Shown: piece by piece, positions 20,420 through 28,848 of the stretch
How positions within the stretch are numbered: position 1 is the first letter of the stretch
Layout: every line of letters starts with the position of its first letter
Assembly: GCA_963666285.1 (NCBI GenBank)
Contig: OY762711.1
DNA: 64,000 bases
DNA from: Sedimentisphaerales bacterium
GTDB taxonomy: Bacteria > Planctomycetota > Phycisphaerae > Sedimentisphaerales > SM23-30
Reading direction: 5' to 3' (one strand)
Notes under the pieces: generated by a model
The model's input: only the letters and a program-made list of their open reading frames with translations
The model's database searches: none
What the model was told of the DNA's origin: nothing
Translations under genes and position numbers: made by a program

Positions 20420-21148
20420 ATGGAATTAATACCACCGGATATTTCAGTTAAGCCGAATTCTGTTGCGATTGTAGGCTGGGAAGCGGCTGTAGCCGGTCAG
20501 GTTCATGATTGGCTTGAATCAACAGGCGATCACAGTATATGCTGTTTTGTTAATCCTGCGTTAGAGCCTCCTGATGTTGATATAGAGCTGGAAAAGACAA
20601 GACGCGATTGTCAGACATTTTCGTATCCGCATAAAGACAGTTTCAAGGGTTTGCCTTTGATTACGTCGCTAGACTGGTATAATGTGCTGGTTAAGTTAGG
20701 GATAAAAAAAGTGCTGGTAAGTACCAGTCAGCTGCATGATAAGGTTAAGCATATCCGGCAGGCAAGGGATGCCGGTTTGAAATTTGTCAATGCGATTCAT
20801 CCAACAGCAACCCTGCTGGAAAAAAGTGTCATTCATGAAAATGTGATTATATTTGCCAGGGCTGTTGTTGGTTATAAGGCTGAGATATGTACCGGAGCGG
20901 AATTGGGTGTGAATTCGCTGCTGGATCATCATAATATAGCCAGAGAATGCTGTTATATTGGTCCCGGTGTGACAGCGGCGGGTAATGTTACTGTTGGTGA
21001 ATGTGCATATGTATTTACTAATGCGACTTTGGCCCATAAGGTAAAAGTAGGGAAAAATGCAGTTGTAGGGGCTGGTGCAGTTGTAACTGAGAACGTTCCA
21101 GAGAACGATACAGTTGTTGGGGTTCCGGCTCGCAGTATAAGGAAATAG
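20420..21148 (+). CDS. Hexapeptide-repeat sugar acetyltransferase (paralog of 14715)
   Basis: Same length (242 aa) and collinear with 14715-15443. Confidence 0.9.
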   Translation: MELIPPDISVKPNSVAIVGWEAAVAGQVHDWLESTGDHSICCFVNPALEPPDVDIELEKTRRDCQTFSYPHKDSFKGLPLITSLDWYNVLVKLGIKKVLVSTSQLHDKVKHIRQARDAGLKFVNAIHPTATLLEKSVIHENVIIFARAVVGYKAEICTGAELGVNSLLDHHNIARECCYIGPGVTAAGNVTVGECAYVFTNATLAHKVKVGKNAVVGAGAVVTENVPENDTVVGVPARSIRK

Positions 21149-21188
21149 CGGATATTATCATTTATAATTGTCTGCATAATATTTTGAT

Positions 21189-22298
21189 TTGGCAGGAAGA
21201 AGCTTGAAAGTACCATTTTTAGATTTAAGAGTGACAGATAGCGAGGAGCGGGAGCGACTGCTCGCTTCGGTTGAGCGGGTGTTGGACCATGGTATCCTGA
21301 TTAATGGACCGCAGGTAGATGAGTTTGAGCAATTAGTAGCAAACAGCTGTAATCGTCAGTACGGGGTAGGTGTCAGTTCTGGTACAGATGCTTTGTACCT
21401 GGCTTTGCGGGCCCTGGATATTGGTCCGGGGGATGAAGTGATATGTCCATGCTGGAGTTGGATTGCGACGGCAAATGCAATAGCTCAGACGGGTGCATCG
21501 CCGGTTTTTGCTGATGTTGATGATCGGTTATGTATTGATCCTGTCAGTGTCGAGCGTTTGATTACTGAAAAGACAACAGCAATTATTCCCGTACATTTTG
21601 CCGGAAGTATCTGTCAGATAGATAATATCGTTGATATTGCCAGGGAGCGTGGGATATTTGTTATTGAAGATTGTGCGCAGGCATATTCTGCAACATATAG
21701 GGAGAGGCCAGCCGGTTCATTTGGTGATATAGGCTGTTTCAGTATGAATACGATGAAGGTATTTGCTTCACTGGGAGAGGCCGGAGCAATTGTAACTGAC
21801 AGTAGTGAAATATCAGAGAGAATAAAGATATTGCGTTATAATGGCATGATAGACCGCCATACGTGCAATCATTCCAGCCATAATGGTCGTCTAGATACTA
21901 TCCAGGCCTCGATTCTGCTGGAGCGTCATAAGACATTGCCGACTCTTATTTCTGCCCGTCGAAAAGCTGCTGATTTATATGATCGGCTGCTGACAGGGAT
22001 AGTGCTGACTCCGTACAGGTGCAGTTCGCGTTGCGATTCGTACTATACCTATACTATCCAGGCAGACTATCGCAATGAATTAAAAGCATACCTGGCGGAG
22101 CGTGAGATCGAGACTCAGATACAGCATCCTTTGCTGATGTCACAGCAGCCTGCATATCGGAATTGCAGAAAAGATTCTCTATCTAATGCGCTGCGGCTTC
22201 TGGATAGAGTTTTATGCTTGCCGGCAAATGAAAAGACAACAGATCGGCAGGTTGAGTTTGTAGCAAACAGGATTCGAGATTTTTATAAGGTGAAATAA
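21189..22298 (+). CDS. DegT/DnrJ/EryC1/StrS aminotransferase
   Basis: VPFLDL, SSGTDAL, EDCAQA, FSMNTMKVFASLGEAG, NGRLDTIQA; start uncertain (TTG). Confidence 0.92.
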   Translation: MAGRSLKVPFLDLRVTDSEERERLLASVERVLDHGILINGPQVDEFEQLVANSCNRQYGVGVSSGTDALYLALRALDIGPGDEVICPCWSWIATANAIAQTGASPVFADVDDRLCIDPVSVERLITEKTTAIIPVHFAGSICQIDNIVDIARERGIFVIEDCAQAYSATYRERPAGSFGDIGCFSMNTMKVFASLGEAGAIVTDSSEISERIKILRYNGMIDRHTCNHSSHNGRLDTIQASILLERHKTLPTLISARRKAADLYDRLLTGIVLTPYRCSSRCDSYYTYTIQADYRNELKAYLAEREIETQIQHPLLMSQQPAYRNCRKDSLSNALRLLDRVLCLPANEKTTDRQVEFVANRIRDFYKVK

Positions 22299-22787
22299 AT
22301 GGCTTCAGTACTAAAAATTGAAAATCCCGATGTGATATCGCTATGTCATAATGACATGGAAGAACTGAAAAAGAATGCGAAGAATGAACCGTTGCGACGC
22401 AGCAGGTATTGTTTGCATACAGATAATACCCAGTTGGTTCACGAGATGATCATAGCACAATGTTACGATACATATAATCCTCCACATCGGCATGTAGGTA
22501 AACCGAAATCATTTCATATGATTGAGGGTAGGATGAAGGTTGTACTTTTTGACGATGGTGGCAATGTTACAAATTCATTTGTTATGGCACCGCCCGGCAG
22601 TCGCGGTGTTACTATATTTCGACTGAATAAGCCTTGTTATTTTACCGTTGTACCGCTAGATGATATTGTGATAGTTCACGAAACGGTACAGGGGCCGTTT
22701 GATCCATCAAAAAAGGATAATGCGCCTTGGGCACCGCCCCAGGAAGATATAGCGGCTGGTTTGGAATATCTCAGCCGATTGCCTTAG
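22299..22787 (+). CDS. WbuC-family cupin-fold metalloprotein
   Basis: RRSRYCLH...VHEMII....TY.PPHRH..K..SFH.IEG...E...GPF...APWAP. Confidence 0.85.
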   Translation: MASVLKIENPDVISLCHNDMEELKKNAKNEPLRRSRYCLHTDNTQLVHEMIIAQCYDTYNPPHRHVGKPKSFHMIEGRMKVVLFDDGGNVTNSFVMAPPGSRGVTIFRLNKPCYFTVVPLDDIVIVHETVQGPFDPSKKDNAPWAPPQEDIAAGLEYLSRLP

Positions 22788-22814
22788 AACCTCGAAAGTG
22801 TGATCTGATAGCAT

Positions 22815-22846
22815 AAAAAAAGACCGCCTGTTTGTTGCAGGCGGTC
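22815..22846 (-). terminator. Intrinsic terminator of nrdJ
   Basis: gaccgcctg/caggcggtc 9-bp stem next to an A7 run (U tract on the minus strand). Confidence 0.85.
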
Positions 22847-22898
22847 CAACTGGGAGAATCAAGCCCGTGAGGGCCTGGAATTTGGGAGCATTCATATA

Positions 22899-25892
22899 TT
22901 AACTGCAGCCAAGTGAATTGCCGCAATTGAAGCACTTATAGCAGTTACCATTTCTAACGGTAATCGATCCGCAATTGTCGCATACCGGAGCGTCTGACTG
23001 GAAGTGTGAGAACTGCTTGTTGAATTTTTTCATCTGAGCTTCACCATCAGTGCCGACTGTAACTTTTTCGGAGGTTTTGTCAGCCATTTGCAGAATTTCG
23101 TCGATACGATTGCCTATCTGGGAAAGTTTTTCTTCCTGGCTGCGATTGCTAACATCACGATTTCCAGTTCCGGCCGGCCAGATTGGCTTATGCTCTTTGT
23201 CAGAGTCGCCTCTGTCAGGGGTGTTGGCTTTGCGATAACCATCAATGAAGGTTATGCCAAGCCATCTTGCTATATAATCGATGAGGCTTTTCGCCATTGG
23301 GATGTCCCGGTTGTTTGTCATGCCGGCCGGTTCGAAGCGGGCATGGCTGAATTTTGCAACCAAGGTACTTAGCGGCACACCATACTGGAGACTCATAGAG
23401 ATACATGTACCAAAAGCATCCATAAGACCTCCGACGGTGCTGCCCTCCTTGGCCATGGTGATAAATAGCTCACCGGGCGATCCGTCTTCATAAAGTCCCA
23501 CCGTCAGATATCCTTCGTGGCCGGCTACATCAAATTTGTGGGTTATGCTACGTCGAGTCTGAGGCAGACGCCATCTTTGCGGACGGCGTTCCATGATCTC
23601 TGCGGCATCGTTTTCTTTAGCCGACTGCTTTTTAATATCTTTAGTAGCTTCTTTGCTTTTACTTTCTTCAGAAGATGTATTAAGCGGTTGGGTGCGTTTT
23701 GACCCGTCCCGGTAAATTGCCAGTGCTTTAATGCCGAGCTTCCAGCCTTCCATGTAAGCATTTTCGATGTCTTCGATTGTGCTTTCGTTTGGCATATTAA
23801 CTGTTTTACTGATTGCACCACTGATGAACGGCTGGGCAGCAGCCATCATCCTGATATGACCCATGTAATTGATCGAGCGTTTGCCTTTTACAGCTTTGAA
23901 TGCACAGTCAAATACAGGAAGATGTTCCGGCTTGATAATTTCAGAAGTTTCGATAGTATCATCTTGTTCGATAGTCTTTTTGATGCTTTCGATTTCTTCG
24001 ATAGTGTATCCAAGCTGTTCCAATGCCATGTTAACTGTCTGGTTGACAATTTTGAGCATGCCGCCGCCTGCGAGCTGTTTGTATTTAACAAGAGCAATAT
24101 CAGGTTCGATACCGGTAGTATCACAATCCATCATAAAGCCGATAGTTCCGGTAGGGGCGAGGACGGTGGTTTGAGCGTTGCGGAAACCATTTTTTCTACC
24201 TTTGGCGATAGCATCGTCCCAGGCTTTGCGAGCTGCTTGTAAGAGGTTGTCAGGACAGTTGTTATCGATATTTTCTACTTCAGCGCGGTGCATTTCGATA
24301 ACGTGAAGCATTTCTTTGTGGTTTTCTTCAAAAAACTTGAAGCTTCCTCGTATACCGGCAAGTTCAGCACTAGTAGCATAAGCGGTACCAGTGAGGATAG
24401 CGGTAACGGCACCGGCAATACCACGTCCCTTGTTACTGTCATATGGCATGCCCAGGCTCATGAGCAGTGCACCCAGATTGGCATATCCGAGTCCGAGCGG
24501 ACGGAAGTCATGACTGTTTTGTGCGATTTCTCTGGTAGGATAGCTGCCGTGGTCAACGAGAACTTCCTGGGCAATAATCAATATACGAATAGCTTTCTGA
24601 TAGCTTTCGACATCAAAAGAGCCATCCGGCAGTCTGAATTTCATCAGGTTAAGACTTGCCAGGTTGCATGCAGAGTTGTCAACAAACATATACTCGCTGC
24701 AAGGGTTACTGGCATTGATTCTGCCACTGTTAGGGCATGTGTGCCAGCGGTTGATAGTAGTATCGTATTGTACGCCGGGGTCGCCACAAACATGTGTACC
24801 TTCAGCCATATCGTGCAGAATTTCCTTGGCGTCCAGCATTTCAACCTGCTCGCCGGTAGTAACCGCGATAGTATTGAAGCTAGTACCCTGCTCGGCAGCT
24901 TCCATAAACTCGTCAGTCACTCGTACAGACAGGTTTGCGTTCTGGAACATGACACTATTGTAAGCTTCACCGTTGAATTCGCCGCTGTAACCCTGTTCGA
25001 TAAGAGCCCATGCCTTCTTTTCTTCTTCGGTTTTACATCTAACGAATTCCCTGATATCAGGATGGTGAACTTTTAGAGACTGCATCTTGGCGGCACGCCT
25101 GGTCTTACCACCGCTTTTAACGACAGCCGCAATCTGGTCATAAACCCGCATAAAGCTTAGAGGTCCGGAAGGTTTGCCGCCGCCGCTGAGTTTTTCACGG
25201 CTGGACCGCAAAGTGGATAGGTCGGTACCAGTTCCGCTGCCATGTTTGAACAGCATAGCTTCGCTGACAGCGAGATCCATGATATCTTCCATGGTATCAT
25301 CCACGCTCTGGATGAAACATGCGGAAGCCTGTGGATACTGGTAAGTGTTTGGGCAGTCCTCAATGGAATCAGTTTCCGGGTTCCAGAAATAATTATGTTT
25401 ACTGCCTTCAACGCCTTTGACATCGTAAAGTCCAACGTTGAACCATACCGGTGAGTTAAATGACGCATACTGGTTTAAGCATAGCCAAGTAAGTTCGTCA
25501 TAATAAAGTTCAGTCTGTTTTTTATCTTTTAAGATGCCATCCTGGTGAGCCCAGTCGGCGATAGTTCTAGTAACTCTGTGAATAAGTTCCTGTAGTGATT
25601 TTTCTCTTTCATTAGTGCCATTTTCGCCGTAGAAATACTTGCTGACTACCACCTTGGTAGCGAGCTGAGTATAAAATTCCGGCATTTTGACATCTTTTTG
25701 TTCGAATACAACATTACCTTTTTCATCTGCTATTTTCGCGATTCTATTAACCCATTTAACCTGCTCAAATGGAGAGATTTTTTCATCGCTGAAATACCTT
25801 TCGACATTCAATTGCTTTTTCATTCCTTTTGAAATATTCCTTCCGTTCGTGTTTTTTGTAATGGTCTGCCTGTCCTTGGCCGGCTCTGTCAT
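22899..25892 (-). CDS. nrdJ: Vitamin B12-dependent (class II) ribonucleotide reductase with TSCPD domain and C-terminal Cys-rich ribbon
   Basis: FNSPVWFN, SACFIQ, SNPCSEY (thiyl Cys), APTGTI, GAISKTVN, YRDGSK; terminal CDNC...CYKCFNC...GCS. Confidence 0.95.
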   Translation of the reverse strand: MTEPAKDRQTITKNTNGRNISKGMKKQLNVERYFSDEKISPFEQVKWVNRIAKIADEKGNVVFEQKDVKMPEFYTQLATKVVVSKYFYGENGTNEREKSLQELIHRVTRTIADWAHQDGILKDKKQTELYYDELTWLCLNQYASFNSPVWFNVGLYDVKGVEGSKHNYFWNPETDSIEDCPNTYQYPQASACFIQSVDDTMEDIMDLAVSEAMLFKHGSGTGTDLSTLRSSREKLSGGGKPSGPLSFMRVYDQIAAVVKSGGKTRRAAKMQSLKVHHPDIREFVRCKTEEEKKAWALIEQGYSGEFNGEAYNSVMFQNANLSVRVTDEFMEAAEQGTSFNTIAVTTGEQVEMLDAKEILHDMAEGTHVCGDPGVQYDTTINRWHTCPNSGRINASNPCSEYMFVDNSACNLASLNLMKFRLPDGSFDVESYQKAIRILIIAQEVLVDHGSYPTREIAQNSHDFRPLGLGYANLGALLMSLGMPYDSNKGRGIAGAVTAILTGTAYATSAELAGIRGSFKFFEENHKEMLHVIEMHRAEVENIDNNCPDNLLQAARKAWDDAIAKGRKNGFRNAQTTVLAPTGTIGFMMDCDTTGIEPDIALVKYKQLAGGGMLKIVNQTVNMALEQLGYTIEEIESIKKTIEQDDTIETSEIIKPEHLPVFDCAFKAVKGKRSINYMGHIRMMAAAQPFISGAISKTVNMPNESTIEDIENAYMEGWKLGIKALAIYRDGSKRTQPLNTSSEESKSKEATKDIKKQSAKENDAAEIMERRPQRWRLPQTRRSITHKFDVAGHEGYLTVGLYEDGSPGELFITMAKEGSTVGGLMDAFGTCISMSLQYGVPLSTLVAKFSHARFEPAGMTNNRDIPMAKSLIDYIARWLGITFIDGYRKANTPDRGDSDKEHKPIWPAGTGNRDVSNRSQEEKLSQIGNRIDEILQMADKTSEKVTVGTDGEAQMKKFNKQFSHFQSDAPVCDNCGSITVRNGNCYKCFNCGNSLGCS

Positions 25893-26166
25893 GGTAACAC
25901 TCCTTTATACGTATCCAGTTGTCAAGTAAAGGTACCGGTAGCACCTGTGTTTTTATTAAAACCAGCAAAATTTAGACTTAAAAATGAAGTCGCTGATTTG
26001 AAACCTATACCCGCAATGCAAAAGCATAAACCGGTATACCAAAGTATTTCTCTTTGATAGTCCCTTGCGTGCGAATTCAGCTATGGCGAGCGCCATACTT
26101 CGCTGTTTCTCCTTACGCAACAAGTCGCTAACTGTATTAACAAGTAACTCTTGTGACGATGAGCTT

Positions 26167-26194
26167 ATCCTACCACAAGATATTGTATTGTCAA
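26167..26194 (-). promoter_or_regulatory. sigma70 promoter of nrdJ with NrdR box in the spacer
   Basis: Minus strand TTGACA-N16-TAGGAT (TG-extended); ccacaagatattgtat at 26173-26188 matches the NrdR consensus acaCwAtATaTwGtgt at 13/16. Confidence 0.75.
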
Positions 26195-26553
26195 CGTGTT
26201 TTCATCTGGTTTTTTTTCTGCAATTCAATAACTCATTGAAAAATAAGCAGTTTGATTTTTATATTTTTTTTACTTTTAAAACTGGTACTGTAATTTTCTG
26301 ATGTTAGCAAAAGGTTAAAGTAAAATAATGACATAAATTCTTTTATACTAAAGTATATTATTAATACTGATAATAGGTATATTTGAAAAAAATAATTAAC
26401 AAATTGCCCGTTAGTAATATGTGTACAGAATGAATTTAGGCTAAAGATGAGAGGTATAAAGTACGAAAATGTAATATGTGGAACTATTTATCACTATAGA
26501 TCAATTAAAAGCGATTAAAGTAAACGCCGAATCAAGATAGAAAGAAGTTCAAA

Positions 26554-27789
26554 ATGAATAATTGGAGATGCCTGCTGATAACAAAAGAGGAAATTTGCGG
26601 AATAAGCAATACCATAGCAGCGGGTGAGATAATTGGAATTGAGCTTCAAGTGTCTACGCCGGATGAGGCGATGCAGTATTTGAAGGGTCGTGATCTAAAT
26701 GGTCGTGATGTTCGTTATGGGCTGGTGATGCTGGTAGGCGACTTGTCAAAGTGGTCGGATAAGGTTGAACATGAAATAGTACAATTATGTGAGAAGCAGC
26801 GAAGTAACATAATTGTAGTATCTGAATCCGAGCAGGATTTTATCCGGGTGAATGCCAAGATTACCTCGTCCGAGCCTCGGTTGTGTGTAGTGTATGCCAA
26901 TATAAAAGAGCAGGGCGAGATGTTAGCCGGTCGAATAAGTACTATGCTGGAGATGAACCACTGGCATATTCAGAACCGGATCGAGATTGAGCGTTTAAAA
27001 ATGGTAGGCCAACCGTTGAGTGACCATTTTAACGAGGTTACAGAAGAGATGCATCTTGCTAGTCGATTGCAGCGAGATTTTTTGCCGAGAGAGCTGCCGA
27101 AATTGCCGGGAATCAAGTTTGGAACAGTGTATCGTCCTGCGACCTGGGTGAGCGGCGATATCTACGACGTAATGAGGCTGGATGAGAACCATTTTGCGTT
27201 TTATCTGGCAGATGCAGTTGGACATGGTATGCCCGCCGCGTTGCTAACGATGTTCATCAAGAGGGCGATTGTGCCTAAGCGGATTAAGGGTAAGAGCTAT
27301 GAATTGGTACCACCAGGAGAGATCCTGGCATCTCTGAATGTGGATATGTGTCAGCAGGGTCTGAGCGATCAGCAGTTTGCGACCTGTTGTTATGGCATAA
27401 TGAATTTCCAGAATTATACGATTCAGTTGGCAAATGCCGGTCATCCTTACCCGCTGCTGATGAAGTCAGACAAGCAAACTATTGAGGAATATAGAGTTAA
27501 GGGCGCCTTGCTGGGAGTAATAGAAGATGCAGATTATGAAACGAAAGAGTTTCAGATGGAGCCTGGCGATAAGCTGCTGGTTTATAGTGATGGGGTAGAG
27601 GCAGCGTTTGATATGACAAGTGTTGATTTGGATGGCCCACCGAAGTTCCGTAACGAGTTTGAAGGGCTGGTTGATCTGCCGATAAGCGACCTGGTAGAGA
27701 AGCTGCTTTATCAGATTGATGCCGAGATCGGTTCGCTGCATCCTCGAGATGATGTGACAGTGGTGGGTATAGAAGCGGTAGCTGAGTGA
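26554..27789 (+). CDS. PP2C/SpoIIE-family (RsbU-like) Ser/Thr phosphatase
   Basis: A..LQ..FLP, VSGDIYD, ADAVGHG.PAA, NAGHP.P, YSDGV, DDVT. Confidence 0.92.
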   Translation: MNNWRCLLITKEEICGISNTIAAGEIIGIELQVSTPDEAMQYLKGRDLNGRDVRYGLVMLVGDLSKWSDKVEHEIVQLCEKQRSNIIVVSESEQDFIRVNAKITSSEPRLCVVYANIKEQGEMLAGRISTMLEMNHWHIQNRIEIERLKMVGQPLSDHFNEVTEEMHLASRLQRDFLPRELPKLPGIKFGTVYRPATWVSGDIYDVMRLDENHFAFYLADAVGHGMPAALLTMFIKRAIVPKRIKGKSYELVPPGEILASLNVDMCQQGLSDQQFATCCYGIMNFQNYTIQLANAGHPYPLLMKSDKQTIEEYRVKGALLGVIEDADYETKEFQMEPGDKLLVYSDGVEAAFDMTSVDLDGPPKFRNEFEGLVDLPISDLVEKLLYQIDAEIGSLHPRDDVTVVGIEAVAE

Positions 27790-28370
27790 AGAATTGAGGA
27801 TTTTTCCGATGTTTCTCGATGAATCTGGATTTTGCTAGACTAAGTATTTTGTTTCACAATATATTATGAGTTAGGGATTTATAAAAAGTTTAAGGGTTTA
27901 AGCCGTTGCTTTATACTTTGCACAATGGGCTATGGAGGATATATTGTGACGGTAAAGTTTGATGCGGCTCGATATTGATCGGGCTATTTTTTTTTGCTGA
28001 AATATGGCAGGGGCGACGGGTCGATTATTATATTGTTTTTTGAGGTTCGGTTACATTGCCTGGAAGTTTGGGTTAAAATAACTTTAGAGATTATAATTCA
28101 GGGGAGATGATGTATAGAAAATGGAGTGGAAAGAAACGGGCGAGCGGCGTGGTATGTTGGAAGGTGTACGGATGGAAACGGGGGTAGCGCGGGGGAGCAG
28201 CGGCGAAAGGTCGGGCAGCTTCGGGGAATGTCGGCGAACGGCGGGGAATTGAGCCCTTACGGCGGGCGATAAACGAGAACGGCGGCGAACGGAGGGGGCG
28301 CGGCGGGCAGGGGATTGGACTGAAATTTGGTGAAATCGGGAGATTTTGGCGTTGGGCGGACCAGATAATA

Positions 28371-28467
28371 AGTGATGAGTGATGAGTGATGAGTGAAGAA
28401 TTGAGGTGTTCGCCTAACGGCTCATGACTTGTTTTAAAGCTGACGCCGAACGACCGAAGGTCGTTAG
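28371..28467 (+). repeat. Heptamer-led REP-like element (other copies 761-800, 40498-40580, 42785-42871)
   Basis: (agtgatg)x3, then aattgaggtgttc-gcc-taac-ggc-tca...ttgttttaaagctgacgc. Confidence 0.65.
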
Positions 28468-28775
28468 AGATTAGAGCAGGTGAACAGTAGAACAGGCAAT
28501 CAGCTACGAGCGGCCAGCGGTCAGTGAAGAAGAAATACGTGCTTCGCACTCTAGGAATTAGAATCTCGATGTGCATCTGGATTTCGCTATGCTCAACAAT
28601 CGGTACGGCTAAGTTGTCTGCTTGCGGCGATGTTGGTTTGGTTGGAAATATGAAAGTTGAAGCGATTTTGAAATGATTTATCTCTGGCAAAGACCGCAAA
28701 GATCGCAAAGGAATTGAGTAACGAATAGGAATTGGTATTACCGTCTGGCTAAAACGGATGTAATTGGTACTAAGG

Positions 28776-28812
28776 AAAAAAGCCGCAAGGGAGGTATTAC
28801 CGATGCGGCTTT
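28776..28812 (-). terminator. Intrinsic terminator of the GLUG/PASTA gene
   Basis: aaaaaagccgca...tgcggcttt. Confidence 0.7.
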
Positions 28813-28848
28813 GTTATGTTTAATGTATATTAACAGCAAATTTTAGGA

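Noticed and set aside
24288..25076. 262-aa and other antisense ORFs
   Set aside because: Shadow frames opposite well-supported genes such as nrdJ
27854..27869. Second NrdR-like box tcacaatatattatga
   Set aside because: Lacks the conserved G, lies between convergent gene ends in AT-rich DNA, no nucleotide-reduction gene downstream
28371..28400. Possible CRISPR array
   Set aside because: Only short heptamer tandems; no 25-45-bp repeats with unique spacers and no cas genes anywhere in the window
28091..28708. 205-aa minus-strand ORF
   Set aside because: Runs through repeats (SSLITHHSSL is the heptamer translation) and the G-rich tract; low complexity, no RBS or motif
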